A DNA stretch of 64,000 nt from the human T2T-CHM13v2.0 reference genome, Homo sapiens. Below, in pieces: positions 1-13,504 of the stretch. Position 1 is the first letter of the stretch, and every line of letters begins with the position of its first letter. A program made the translations under genes and the position numbers. The stretch is taken from the NCBI RefSeq assembly GCF_009914755.1, contig NC_060941.1, one strand, 5' to 3'. The notes beneath the pieces are model-generated. The model saw nothing but the letters and a program-made list of their open reading frames with translations, was not told where the DNA came from and ran no database searches.

Positions 1-461
1 CTAAAACCCCAAGGTCCCTGGGGTGATAAATGACAGCTAATTTCATAAATGAGGCCTCCTGACTCAATCCAATCATCATCCCCCTTTTCTCCATACCTCC
101 CATGATGTAACAGTAGATGGAGAAAGGAATTCCCAAGAGTGAATATAGGAAAACCTTTGGAGAAGTTACTGAGTCTAAAACAGTCTGTAAGGAGCTAATC
201 CCTGTCTTCTTTCAGGGGAGTTTCACTGAACCACTTGACCTCCAGGGATGACTGCCTACAGTCTCAGTTTGGAGCAGCTGCCTTCTGTGCAGGCAATGGG
301 AATGGGCACATAATGTAGAGGCTTGATGTTTGCAAGACGCTGTAGCTTTTCTAAGTCACTGTTCTGGCCCCACAGCACACAACACACACTGAGCCACAAG
401 AGGGCTCCAGCACAGGCTCCCTGTAATCTTTGTTCCCAAGCATCTGCTTTGACCTACTGTT

Positions 462-1291
<830 letters not shown>

Positions 1292-1768
1292 TGTATTAAT
1301 TTCCTAGGGTTTGCCATATGACAAACTGGGTGGCTTAAAACAACAGAAATGTATTCTCTCACAGTTCTGGAGGCTAAAAGTCCAAAACTGAAGTTTCAAC
1401 AGGATCACCCTCTTTCTGAAGGCTAGAGGGGAGGGTCCTTCTTTGCCTCTTCCTAACATCTGGTGGTTGCAGCAATCTTTGGTAATCTGTGCAGCTGCAC
1501 AAGTTCAATCTCTTCTCCATCATCATGTGGTATTCTCTCTGTACGTCTCCGTCCTCACATGGTATTCTCCTCTTTGTGAGTGTGTGTCTCTTTGTCCAAA
1601 TGTCCCTCTCCTTGTAAGGACACCAATCATATTGAATTCAGGACCCACTCTAATTCAGTATGATTTTATCTTAACTTGATTACATCTGCAGACCCCATTT
1701 CTAAATAGTCACATTCACAGTTTCCAGGTAGACGTGAATTTGAGGGCAATGCTATTCAACGCAGTATA
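1292..1768 (-). mobile_element. MLT1B/C solo LTR with 5-bp TSD GCTGC
   Basis: 'tgtattaatttcctaggg...aaacaacagaaatgtattctctcacagttctggagg...'; GCTGC at 1287-1291 and 1769-1773. Confidence 0.88.
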
Positions 1769-2209
1769 GCTGCAGACTGGTGCCCCTTGGCAAATCAGTG
1801 CAGGTTTAGGATCATCCTAACCCAATGCTGATCCAGGGATTTTTAATAGCAAAGTAGTTAATGCATTTGTCTCCTGTAATCCCCTGGGATCTGGACAATA
1901 TTTCTGTTGATAACAAGGCTTTGAGGGATTTAGCAGCTAAGGCAAAGACATCAAAGCAAACTAGTTATGTCTTTTTGATCTTAAAGTCAATTATTTTCAG
2001 TCCCCTTTCTCTTTCAATACACCTGAACCTGTGACACATTTCCTTACAAGATTGTGTCTCACTAAAGTAGAGCTTCTCAAGTGGGGGGTGGGCATGGCTT
2101 CTTGGTGGGGAGAAGTGGCTGGTATCAAAGTAAATAAAAATTTCTGGATGGGTGCATGTTGTTTGAATATAACTCTTACATTGACTGCTTCACCCCACTC
2201 CCCATGAGG

Positions 2210-2860
2210 TGATATTTGGTAATATGTAAAACAATTTAAAATGAACACCCTCACTAAACCATCAATTCACAGCAATTTCACCCGTACATATACAGTACAC
2301 TTAAGGTACTCAATCAGTCCTAGAGAAACTTACATAAAAGCATGCAATGAAGCATGTAAAAGAACGTTCATTGCAACATTCATTGTGTGTAATGACAAAA
2401 TTTGGAAGCAACACAAATATCCTTCAGTAGTGGAATGGCTAACTAAATGGTGGTATGTTCCTAAAATGGAATATTATACAGCAATTAAACAGACTAGATC
2501 TCTATGAATGCATAAAAATAGATCTTGAAAACCATGCTGAGTGAAAAAAAGCAAATTGCAAAACACTACATACTGAATGGTGCCATTTGTGTTAAATAAA
2601 AACACACCAAACAATACTATATTATGTTTATGGACATGTATATGTGGCAGTAAAAGTTTAAAAACCATGAACAGGAAGGAAATCACCCAAGTTCATGGAT
2701 CTCGATTGCCTTTAGGCTTTGGAGGGAGAACAATGAGACTGAAGGGGAGAACAAGGAGGATTTCGACTTTGCCTGTTTCTCTTACTCATATCTTTTTAGA
2801 AACCTAAAACAAAACAACCAAATGTTGTTGTTTCACTGGTATTTGTTATATTACGTGATT
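2210..2860 (+). mobile_element. L1ME-type 3' fragment
   Basis: ORF 2241-2507 gives L1 ORF2 C-terminal motif 'WKQHKYPSVVEWLTKWWY..MEYYTAIK', followed by an L1M 3'UTR. Confidence 0.8.
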
Positions 2861-2868
2861 CTGTGACC

Positions 2869-3044
2869 TTTTTTTTTTTTTTTTTTGATTTTTGAGACAG
2901 GGTCTCACTCTGTAGCTCAGGTTGGAGAGCAGTGGCACAATCATAGTTCACTGCTGTAGCCTTGAATTTCTGGCCTCCAGCAATCCTCCCACCTCAGCCT
3001 CCTGAGCAGCTGGGACTACAGGCTCATGCCACCATGCCAGGCTA

Positions 3045-3075
<31 letters not shown>

Positions 3076-3363
3076 TTGAGTCAGGGTTCTCTCTCTGTCA
3101 CTTTGTCTGAAGTGCAGTGGCAGGATCACAGCTCACTACAACCTCAAAGTCCTCGGCTCAAGTGATCCTCTTGCCTCAGCCTCCTGAGTAACCAGGACTA
3201 TAGGAAGATGCTGCTGCACTTGACTAATTTTAAATTTTTTTTAATAGAGACAGGGTCTCACTGCGTTGCCCAGGCTGGTCTCCAACTTCTGGCCTCAAGC
3301 GATCCTCGCACCTCAGCCTCACAAAATGCTAGGATTACAAGCATCAGCCACTGTGCATAGCCC
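2869..3363 (-). mobile_element. AluJ plus extra right monomer (three arms) separated by (TTA)n
   Basis: Right arm 2869-3046, (TTA)n ~3047-3078, complete AluJ ~3079-3363. Confidence 0.85.
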
Positions 3364-3959
3364 ATTTTTAAACTTTTAAAAATAAGAAAGTAGAATGGAA
3401 ATAAGGCCCTGATTTGTAATGACTAAATTCCCATGGGAACGTGGCTTGCTGGAGTTGTAAATCACCACTTGTGTGCCCATGGGCAGGATTAGGATGCCCT
3501 GGCCGCTGAGACAAGCACAAAGAGGATGGACAGAGCTGTGTGGAGCAAAGCACACATCCTAGTTTTAATTGAGTTGTAGAATCCCCCAGATATTCATTGT
3601 TAGACCACTCACTAAATTTCTACTGTGGCATTGTAATGGCAGAACATCCTTAGATCTGGAGCAAGAGGGAAGGAGTGGCCTGAATTCCTGATATCTTTCT
3701 CATTCTGGTTTACATGAAGGCTGTCCGAATCTCAGTCACTGTTTTTGGATTTCTGTGAGATGTCACTATCCCCTTCCAATGGCATCTTTTCCATCTCTTT
3801 CAGCAATCAGTTCTAGGGGATAACATCTCCCTGTAGTCAAAATGGCCATGTCCAAAATAAGATCATGTCCCTAGAGGTCAGTGTCAGGAGAAGAGCCAAA
3901 CCACATTGATAAAATTGTAGAGACGTCATGTAGATACAGAGAGAAAGTGGCGTGGAGGG

Positions 3960-4990
3960 CCTAGAATTCAACATGCTCCACCTGAACTCACAAACTCCTC
4001 TAATCACACCGCCAACAGCTTGATCGCTTAATCCAGAAATCCCAGAATCATGATTAACATCTCCTCCTCCATTGCCACATAGAGTTAATCAATTGATCAC
4101 TAAATGCTACCCAATCTCCCTTCTCAACACCTATCAAAGCCACCCATTTGTCTTCATCTCTCTTGCTCTCCTCACAGTCCAGGAATCCAAGCCTAGACAA
4201 CTTATTTAGCCTGCAGGAACAGCCTTCTAACTGGTTCATCCTGACACCCCACTGTTTTCAATGTCATCTCCATAATAGCCAGAGTGATCTTTCACAAACA
4301 AATCTGATCATGTCCCTCCATTCCTTAAAACCTTCAATGATTTCTTTGGATCTTACGGATAAAGACTCAAATCTTCAGTGGCTTATGATGTCCTCCCTGA
4401 TGATCCTTGACTACCTCTTCACCTCTATCACTGTGTTCCATTCACACTGTAACTGATACACCTCTTTGGAAGGGCCTGCAATGGAGAGGACATCTTGCTA
4501 AGCACTTGATCCTGCACTCTGAGGCTAGGCACTGAGAGTTGGGCTCAAAGTGGGAGCTATTTCCAAACTCAGGCTTTAATTACTTATCGTTGGACTTGAA
4601 ATGGACTTACTGTCATCAACTCTCCGTCTTTGCCACCCTTCAAGATCCAGCTCAAATGCCATCTCCTAAAGAGGCCTCCCATGACTGCATCTCCTGCCCT
4701 CGACACACACACTCAGAATTGTTCTCTATATGTCTGTTTGAATATCATTTTATAGATTCTTCTCCTCATGCCATCTGTCTGTCATGACTGCATCTCCTGC
4801 CCTCAACACACACTCAGAATGATTATCTATATGTCTGTGTTTGAATATCATTGTATGGATTCTTCTCCTCAAGCTATCTGTCTATCTTTCCTTCTGCAAC
4901 TATGAGGGCAGGAATGATGCCTCGCTCTGACTCTCTAACCTAACAAGGCACTTCAATATAGCATGTGCTCAATAAAGATGAATGGAGTTT
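3960..4990 (+). mobile_element. L2 3' fragment
   Basis: L2 motif 'gccagagtgatctttcacaaacaaatctgatcatgtc...cttaaaaccttcaatg' and terminal 'gtgctcaataaa...gaatg'. Confidence 0.75.
4680..4885 (+). repeat. Tandem duplication, 103-bp unit x2
   Basis: 'catgactgcatctcctgccctc...cacactcagaat...tttgaatatcatt...ttcttctcctca' starts at 4680 and 4783. Confidence 0.93.
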
Positions 4991-5799
4991 AATAGCATTG
5001 ATGGGCTGGAAATAGATGCAGTGTGTGAAGGAATGAAGGCTTATTAAAGATGCTGGGCTCTCCAACTTTCTAAAGAAGATCTGTGGCTCACCTTTAAATT
5101 CCTCTAAACTTAACAACCTCTGCCAGCTATTTCCCTGGAATCATTTGGACAGACGCACTACTAATGATGATTTAAAGTGAGACTTTGATGTCAGCACCTC
5201 ATTCACACTTCAAAAAATATGTATTCAGAGGCACACAAAAAGGGTGTAATTACCATTTCAGGAAAATATGTTAATTTGATGCAATGCATTACTGCTCTGA
5301 CAGCTTTCAGCTTTTGCACAAAATGGTTGTAAAATGGATATTACTGGAAAAAAATAGTTTTCTTCCCGCTCAAAATATAGGTAGAGAGCAAAGGCAAATA
5401 GAGTGAGGGCCCTCTGTGGAGTTGGGCAAGGGGAACAAACTGTTAGCACATGGTCTGACTATTAGCTGGCAAGGGTGCAGGTGCTGATAACATTTCTGGT
5501 GTGGAGGTGCCTGTCTGGGCCTCCTCACTCACCAAGAGTGTCAAAAATCCTATTTAAAGTGGGAGCGATGGGAGGTCATAATGCTGGCTCTACTCTGGAA
5601 AGACCCAACTGTCCGGTCCAGGCTGGAGCTGGGGTTCTCTGTTTGGATTCCTGGGGCTGCCATGACGCCTGGCTTCCTCTGACAGAGAGCTCCCTTTATG
5701 GACGCATGAGATGTTGCTTCCAACCCCTGCTAAGAGAGAAGAGCCACCCCCTGCCCAAGCCCCAGTGAGCTGCCCAACAGTCCTCTCTGAGCTGAGAGG

Positions 5800-5975
5800 G
5801 CATTGGATCTCCCTGTAACTCAGGGGCCTCCTCTCTAGGATGTGGGTAATTTCTCCTACCTCGAAGGGATGGCGTGAGAGTTAAATGAGGGCAATGGATA
5901 TAAAAGCTGAGCTTAGTACAGATACTTAATAAATGGTAGATCTTCTTACAGTTATTATTACATTATCATTTTATT
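5800..5975 (+). mobile_element. MIR
   Basis: 'cctacctcgaagggatggcgtgagagttaaatgag...cttaataaatggtag'. Confidence 0.65.
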
Positions 5976-6088
5976 ATCGTAGGGAGTAAGCTGATTAAAA
6001 ATAATTATCAAAAGGAGTGTTGAAGTGACCCAGACCTTAAGAAACCCAGAGTGTGAAGCTGTTTCTACCATTTCAGAAGGGGTTTCTA

Positions 6089-6406
6089 CAGCTGTCCCTC
6101 AGCATGTACCAGGGATTGTTTCCAGGACACCCCTCTCCCTGTGCCAAAATCTGCGAATGCTCAAGTCCCTTATATAAAATGGTATAGGATTCGCACATAA
6201 CCTACACACATGCTCCTGTATGCTTTAAATCATCTCTAGTTTACTTAGCCCTAATACAATGTAAATGCTATGTAAATGGTTGTTAGACTGTAATTTAAGC
6301 ATTTTTTATTGTTGTATTTTTTCCGAATATTTCTGATCCAAGGTTAGTTGAATCGACAGGTATATTAAGATGAGCTAGTTGAACCCGTGGATACAGAGGC
6401 TGACTG
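6089..6406 (+). mobile_element. MER2 (TcMar-Tigger MITE)
   Basis: TA then 'cagctgtccctc...gctcaagtcccttatataaaatgg...aacccgtggatacagaggctgactg' with terminal inverted repeats. Confidence 0.9.
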
Positions 6407-7948
6407 GATTTACAGAAAGGGTGTTTTACATATGCACCTGTCTAGGCCAATAGGTGGAGAGTGGAAGGGGCCAGAGAGAACTCAAGAGAGGCGATGGCTC
6501 TCCCTCATCTGCCAGGTGTCTCGGTGATCTGAAAGTGTGAGAAGATGCCCTTGTAGTAGGTCCTGCCTCCCACACCCCAACAATTTCAGGATGTGTGCAA
6601 ATTCCTGCTCCACTCCCACATGGTGCAGAGATGGAGGACAGGGGTGACTTAGATTAAATCAACTAGAAATGTCCTTGCGAGCAGACACCTGTTTTTGCTC
6701 CCACCTTCCTAACATGCCTCCGCAGAGAGAAGGGGCAAAGAAAGCCTTGGGACTCCTGTTCTATCCCCAAAGAGGTGGGAGGTGGGGGAGGAGGAAACAG
6801 TGGGAGAACACTGGTGTCTGCTAGGCAAATGCGACACTCAGGGCTCAGTTCCCCTCTCTTTTCCTGCCTTGTGGAAGCATATACTGGGGAAGTCAGCTAG
6901 CAGCTTGCAGGTGGTAAGAGGGGTCAGTGACAGCCAGAAGCAGGGATGCCCAGGCATGCTACCAGCAGCCCATAGCTTCCATTACAAAGATCTGGGTCAT
7001 CAACCAAAACCTGGAGGAAGACCCTTGTCAGGCACTGGTCCAAGGCCAAGCTTGCTCAGGGTCACCCAGGACAGAGCCCTTGTTGTTCAGCAGTGCAAAG
7101 CCTTGACTCCCTGGCTGCCCGGGGGATAGGCTGAGTCCACCAATGGGAACCTGCTACACAGGGTGGGAGGAGCCCTTAATTTTCACACAGTATTGCCACC
7201 AGAGAGGAAATCAGACCCTTGTCTGGGTGGGAGGGAACAAGGCAGGATGATGGATTGGCCCTCATGCCTTCAGTTCGCATCTGAAATATTAGGGTCAAGG
7301 GACTTGCGCATGGAGGAGAGCATAGGAAATAAACCAGAGAGGGCTTGGTGACCAGGAGTGCAAGGGAGAGCCTGGTGAGCCAGGACCCAGGAGACTCAGG
7401 AGGGACCTGATTCAGCGCTGCCCTGCAGGTGTCCTGTGCAACCTGCTCCATACCCTTGATCTCCTACCCAGCTGCATGGCTGCTGCTAGCGCACAGAGCT
7501 ACTGCCTGAAGATTAGAAGGAGTGCACCTTCTCAAGGTGCCTACTTTGCATCTGTCAGGAACTTGTCTTAATATACTCACTTTGTTGGAATAAGATGTTT
7601 TGCTGCCATCTGCTAGAAACATTGTCATAATAGATACACACAAGTAAGATGTCAGCAACGTGAGAGGTGGCCTTGTACAGCGCAAACATCACAGTTGGGC
7701 ATGGAGCCTTCAGTACCCTTTGAAGTTGGATTTAGCTAGAGGCTGCAATAAGGCACTGAGTCTTGCCTTGAGTTGGGTGTGAGGCAAGAAGATTGGCTTC
7801 TCAAATGAGCTGGCGGTTTGTGCAGGGCTGGGGAGCTTCAGTGCTATTGCCCTTCCTATCCCAAATTCCAAACTTATCCCTTCAAAGGAGTTTGGCCGCA
7901 CAGCGAGAATGAATGTGTGTCATCCAGGCAGGCCAAGGGAAACTTTTA

Positions 7949-8239
7949 AATTTTTTTAGAAACAAGAGTGTCACTCTGTCACCCAGGCTGGAGTGTAGTG
8001 GTGCAATCTCGGCTCACTGAAGCTTCAAAACTTCTGGGCTCAAGTGATACTCTTGCCTCAGCCCCTGAGTATCGGGGAATACAGGTGTGCACTTCATGCC
8101 TGGTTAGTTTTTTAAAAAATATTTAGTAGAGATGAAGTCTTATTATCTTGCCAAGGTCTCAAACTCCTGGCCTCAAGGGATCCTCCAAGCTCAGCCTCCC
8201 AAAGCATTAGAATTATAGGTGTGAGCCACCAAGCCTGCC
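7949..8239 (-). mobile_element. AluJ with TSD AAGGGA(A/G)ACTTTTA
   Basis: Diverged dimeric Alu with J-type 'gggctcaagtgat'; flanking direct repeats. Confidence 0.9.
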
Positions 8240-9359
8240 AAGGGAGACTTTTAGAAAGAGAAGGCTTGCCCAGCCTGGTTTGTATTGTTAATGTTATTTA
8301 AAGAATCTAAAGAAAGTAAGTGGGATCTCCAGAAGCAGAATTAAGAAGGCAGGAGGCTTTGAGTTTTCTTTGATGCCTATAAACATGGTTACAAAGCAAC
8401 AATCAATTTCTTTCTCCCTACAGTTTCCAAATACTTTAATATTCACCATATCATTTTATTCACAGACTACTTCTCTGTAAAAGGCAGAGTGGGTATGATC
8501 CTTATTTTGCAAAGGAAGAAATTGCAAGGCAACGTTTTAAGTGACTTAAGGCATGTACTGACTCAGAGATTCATGAACATATGTCTTGATTTACTATATA
8601 AAGGGTTCAGTTCTAGTAACTTGAGGAATGGGGCATACCACAAGTACTCAAGAGTAGCCTACTGAATGAAAAAATAAAGAAACATAAATGAATGGACAGA
8701 GTTGTTAGGTGATAGCATTGTTGAGGTAACTAGACTGGCCAGGTTGACCTCATTTGGGATAACTTAGGTGTTACTGCGGTTCAATAAACATCCAACACAG
8801 ACCAACACAGAAATAATGCTTGTGACTCCAGCTATAATCTAAGAGGAAAGGTAAGAGATGGGAGATCACGGAGTAATGCACTTGCTTGGATCGTTGTCTG
8901 TAATTCATCATACTGCAGAAAGGGAAGGTGTTTTAGAGTCCATCAAAGTCTGATCCAGTCAGCCTTTGGTGAGGCCTTGGACTAATTATTTCATCCCTCT
9001 GGATCTTAGTTGACCCAACTGTGAAATGGAGCAAATACTGTCTGTTTTAGCAATCCATATAAAACTCTAAGTGCATTGTCCTGGAAAATAACAAAAATGA
9101 AGCAATGAAAACATTCATTGCTATTCCTCTACTCCTTAGAACATAGTTAAAGGCATTATTCAGCCCAGCCATTTCTCAGTGGAAGACAATGGTGGTCCCC
9201 TGGTGTTGTGTGGAACTCAAGAAATGAGAAGAGCAAATAACTTGTTGCACAGTCTCTGCACAACCTGACCCCATCTCTTGGTCTCTGTTTCCTGAATTCA
9301 TTCATTCATTCATTCAGGAATTTGGGGATTCATTCATTCATGCTTTCATTCATTGCGCT

Positions 9360-9686
9360 CACCAGGATTTCAATTCTCCTCTCTTTCCAAGCATGCACCA
9401 TTTGAAGGCATGACCATCTGCCTTGCCTTGAACAATGAAATATGATCAGAGATGATGTGTGTGACTTCTGAGTGAGATAATTCAACAGTCACTGCTCTGT
9501 TCTCCATGTTCTCTTCCCCTGCCTAAGCAAACCCCCAGGTCTGTGCTTGAGAAGGTGGCCTCATAAAATGATGGCTCCTCTGCCAACCTGGGTCCCTGAG
9601 TAATTACAATGAACAGAACTCCCCTTCCAGCCCACATTAGACAAAGAGCAGGACCGAGAAATAAACCTTTAACATTTTAAACACTG
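9360..9686 (+). mobile_element. MLT1I/J-like LTR, 3' end missing
   Basis: 'caatgaaatatgatcagagatgatgtgtgtgacttctg...cctgggtccctgagt...gagaaataaacc'. Confidence 0.7.
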
Positions 9687-9744
9687 ATCCTCCTGTCTCA
9701 GCCTCCTGAGTATCTGGATTACAGGCATGTGCCACTGGGCCCAG
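9687..9744 (-). mobile_element. Alu monomer fragment
   Basis: 'tcctcctgtctcagcctcctgagtatctggattacaggcatgtgccac'. Confidence 0.8.
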
Positions 9745-10105
9745 GAGAGGAAATCTATTTTGGATGCAATGGTTAGAGAAGACCCTTTGAGAAGATGCTA
9801 TTTGAATAGAGGCCTGGATGAAGTAAGAGGGTAAGCCATCCAGATATCTGGGTTAGGAACATTCCAGAGAGAGGAAAGAGTGAACACAAAGTGCTAAGGT
9901 CAGCTCATGCTTGGCATGTGGCAGGAGCTGCAAGAAGGCCAGTGTGGCTGGGTCAAAGTGAGTGACAAGGCGAGAGATGAAGGCACATCAAAAGACATGG
10001 CTGAGAAAGTGAAGAAGCAAACCACAGCACCAGAAGGAAACATTTATCATCATATCTAACAAAGAACTCATATTCAGAATATAGAAAGAACTACACATCA
10101 GTAAG

Positions 10106-10465
10106 TGATATGGTTTGGCTCTGTGTCCCGACCCAAATCTCACCTCGCATTGTAATAATCCACATGTGTCTGTGAAAGGACCCAGTGGGAGGTAATTGAA
10201 TCATGGGGGTGGGATTTTCCCATGCTGTTCTCATGGTAGTGAATAAGTGTCACGAGATCTCATGCTTTTAAAAAGGGGAGTTCCTCTACACAAGCTCTCT
10301 TGGCTGCCACCATGTAAGATGTGACTTGGCTCCTCATTTGCTTTCTGCCATGATTGTGAGGCCTCCCCAGCCATATGGAACTGTGAGTCAATTAAACCTC
10401 TTTCCTTTATAAATTACCCAGTCTCAGGTATGTCCTTATTAGCAGCGTGAGAATAGACTAATACA
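10106..10465 (+). mobile_element. THE1 solo LTR
   Basis: 'tgatatggtttggctctgtgtcc...gactaataca'; TSD gtaag/ataag. Confidence 0.93.
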
Positions 10466-10543
10466 ATAAGAAAAAGACAAACAACTTAAAGTTTAAAAAT
10501 GGGCAAAAGATTTCCGCAAGTAATTTATAGAAAAAGATATCCA

Positions 10544-10847
10544 GGCTGGGTGTGGTGTGGCCCATGCCTATAGTCCCAGTATTTTGGGAGGTCAAGGTGG
10601 GAGGACTGCTTGAAGCCAGGAGTTAGAGACCTGAGCAACATAGTAAGAGCCTCTCTCTACAAAAAAGGAAAAAAAAAAAAAATTAGCCAGGCCTGGTGGC
10701 ACATACATAGATACTTGGGAGGCTGACACAGGAGGATCCTCTAAGCCCAGGAGTTCAAGGCTGCAGTGAGCTATGATTGTGCCATTGCACTGCAGCCGGG
10801 GTAACAGGGTGAGACCCTGTCTCTAATAAAACAACAATGGCAACAAA
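10544..10847 (+). mobile_element. AluJ with TSD AAAAAGATATCCA
   Basis: J-type 'aggagttcaaggctgcagtgagctatgat'; TSD 10531-10543 / 10848-10860. Confidence 0.92.
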
Positions 10848-11370
10848 AAAAAGATATCCAAAGCACCAATAAGCCAATGAAAAAGAAGTGTTCAATCTTA
10901 CTACTCCTCAGGAAAGTAAAATTTTGAACCAAAATGTGATACCACTATAAACTCCAAGAATGGTTAAAAAGGCTGAAAAATAGCAAATATTCACAAGAAC
11001 ATGAAGCCAATGAAACTTTCATCTTTTGCCAGGAGGTGAGTAAAACCACACTGGAAAACTGGCAATTCTAACAAAGGTAAAAATCTGCCAATTTTATTAA
11101 GCAGAAATTCCATTCCTAAGGATACACCCAGGAGGAATGGGGAGAAAAATGCACATAGCCCAAAGCTGAATACTGAATACAAGACAAATGGCCATCAACA
11201 GAAAAATACATAAATCGATTGTGGTCTAGTCATACAATAAAATAAAATACCTCACAGCAATAGAAAAGAACAAAGTATTGATATAAGAAGGTGAAGCTCA
11301 AAAACTATATTGAATGAAAGAATCCAAACACATGGATGATTTCATTCCAAACACTCTATGATTCCATTTA

Positions 11371-11689
11371 TTTACTTTTTAAAATATTATATTATATTTT
11401 ATTTTTTGATACAGAGTCTTGCTCTGTCACCCAGGCTGGAGTATAGCTGTGTGATCTCTGCTCACTGCAACCTCCTCTTCCCAGGTTCAAGAGATTCTTA
11501 TGCCTCAGCCTCCCCAGAAGCTGGGATTACAGGTGTATGCCACCATGTCTGGCTAATTTTTGCATTTCTATTAGAGATATGGTTTCACCCTGTTGGCCAG
11601 GCTTGTCTCGAACTCCTGGCCTCAAGTGATTTTCCTGCCTCGGCATCCCAAAGTGCTGGGATTACAGGCATATGCCACTGCACCCAGCC
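11371..11689 (-). mobile_element. AluS with 15-bp TSD CTATGATTCCATTTA
   Basis: Dimeric Alu; TSD 11356-11370 / 11690-11704. Confidence 0.92.
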
Positions 11690-12015
11690 CTATGATTCCA
11701 TTTAAATTAAGGTTAAAAACAGGCAGAATGAATCCACAGAGATTAAAGTCAGAGTAATGGTGACCTCAGGTGGAGGTAGGCATTATCTGGGAAGGGACAT
11801 AAGAGAGCTTTGTGGATGATGGACGTATTCTGTTCTTTGTTCTGGATGGTGGTTCTCTGAATGCTTACCAAGATGCAACCCTATCAAGCAGTACACTTAA
11901 GATTCATGCATTTTAATGTGTGTAAATTGTACCTCAGTTGAAAAGAACAACAAAAATAAAGAATTTTCCTGGCAGAGGAGCTTGAAATCATGCAGGACTT
12001 TACAGGAATAGTCAG

Positions 12016-12381
12016 TGATGTGGTTTGGCTGTGTTCCCACCCAAATTGCATCTTGAATTGTAGCTCCCACAATTCCCATGTGTCATGGGAGGGACTCAGT
12101 GGGAGATAATTGAATCATGGGGGTGGGTCTTTCCCGTGCTGTTCTCATGATAGTGAATAAGTCTCACGAGATCTGATGGTTTTATAAAGAGGAAATCCCT
12201 TTCACTCGGTTCTCATTCTCTCTCTTGCCGGCTGCCATATAAGACATGACTTTCATTTTCCACCATGATTACGAGGCCTCCCCAGCCACGAGGAACTGTG
12301 AATCCATTAAACCTCTTTTTCTTTATGAATCACCCAGCCTTGGGTATGTCTTTATCAGCAGCATCAAAACAGACTAATAGA
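12016..12381 (+). mobile_element. THE1B-like solo LTR with TSD GTCAG
   Basis: 'tgatgtggtttggctgtgttcccacccaaattgcatcttgaattgtagctccc...'; GTCAG at 12011-12015 and 12382-12386. Confidence 0.93.
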
Positions 12382-12886
12382 GTCAGGATTTTAGATTTCT
12401 TTCTAAAAAAGATGAGAAGCCCATAAGCAGGCTCAGAATCATTGGAAAGTTCTGAGCCGACTTACGTCTGGAAAGAATGATTTTGTCTGCTGCGTGAAGA
12501 GTAGACATTGGTGAGATCCAAGTAGATCGGGTAAAGGGTGTAAGTGGAAGACCTGGGAGAGCTGAAGGTGACTGAGTCCAGATGTGAAGGAGCGGAGGAG
12601 GGATGCTGTGTAAATGCTGGAAGTGGAGAAGATGGGATGCCAGGACAATTGGGAATGAGGAGCCTAAGGGAGGGGCTTTGGCCTGTGCACTTGGCAGAAT
12701 GCAGCAGCCAATTACTGGGATGGGAAAGACCAAAGGAGCAGCAGTTTGGGAAGTAGTGGGGAGAAATCAAGAATTTGGTTTTGAACAGGTAAGTTTGATG
12801 CCCATTAAACACCCAATGAAATGTTCAAGAGGTGGTTGACTAATTGAGTTTGTATTAATAAATAGCATGCATCAATACCCTCAACC

Positions 12887-12927
12887 CCCAACACATACAC
12901 ACACACACACACATACACACTCACACA
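12887..12927. repeat. Imperfect (CA)n microsatellite
   Basis: Direct observation. Confidence 0.85.
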
Positions 12928-13504
12928 TTGGCTCCTTCCCGTTCATTTTCTTCTTAAAAAAGGGAAAAACAAATCTGAAAAATGCCTTTCATCTATTTTG
13001 CAGTAAGGGCCCTCGCTAGAAGTTACTGAACTGAACATGCAGCTGCTGGTCTGGAAGCCACAGCCGAGATCTGAAAGGCAGGTTGGCAGCTTGCACTTGT
13101 CGGGACGCCCCTTCTGGATCCTCGCTCTGCCCTCTGTCACGGGCTCAGCACACGTGGGGCATCCCCCTGTGGTGCCCTCTGCTTCAGCAGCTCTCAAGGC
13201 AGCTCTGCTCCCCACAGCCTCTCACTGGGGGACCCAGCGGGGCCTGCAGGTGGATGACTGTCAGGACAAGTAGCCTCTGTGTCCTGTGTTGAATAAACAC
13301 ATCATTAGAGAGCTGGGGAAAATACGTGGAGGGAAGGGAAAATGTCATTTTGGTAAAGGGCTCAGCTTAAAGGAAGAAAAGCCATAATGACAACATTAAA
13401 TATTTAGGTCTCAGGCCTATCAGGAGGTTTTCTGTAGGGCAGGGACTTAGTCCGAGTTGTCCACTCACGGGGAGGCAGGCAGGGCAGCCTGCAGTGATGG
13501 GCGT

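Larger units (their letters stand above)
9985..11965 (+). mobile_element. L1M 3' portion, interrupted by THE1, AluJ and AluS
   Basis: L1 ORF2 3' motifs 'aaaatgggcaaaaga', 'gcagaaattccattcctaagg'; L1M 3'UTR ending 'gtaaattgtacctcag'. Confidence 0.8.
9295..12852 (-). mobile_element. Fragmented L2 hosting nested insertions (pieces ~9295-9350, 9750-9985, 11970-12015, 12382-12852)
   Basis: (TTCA)n L2 tail; 'gaacattccagagagagg...aagaaggccagtgtggctgg'; 'tcaagaatttggttttgaacaggtaagtttgatgccc'; pieces are collinear. Confidence 0.75.

Noticed and set aside
7601-7619. Second CTCF site (minus strand CTAGCAGATGGCAGCA)
   Set aside because: Mismatch at a highly conserved core C; may just be a CAGATG E-box
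12277-12289. PRDM9 hotspot motif in THE1B
   Set aside because: Reads CCTCCCCAGCCAC and lacks the T required by CCNCCNTNNCCNC
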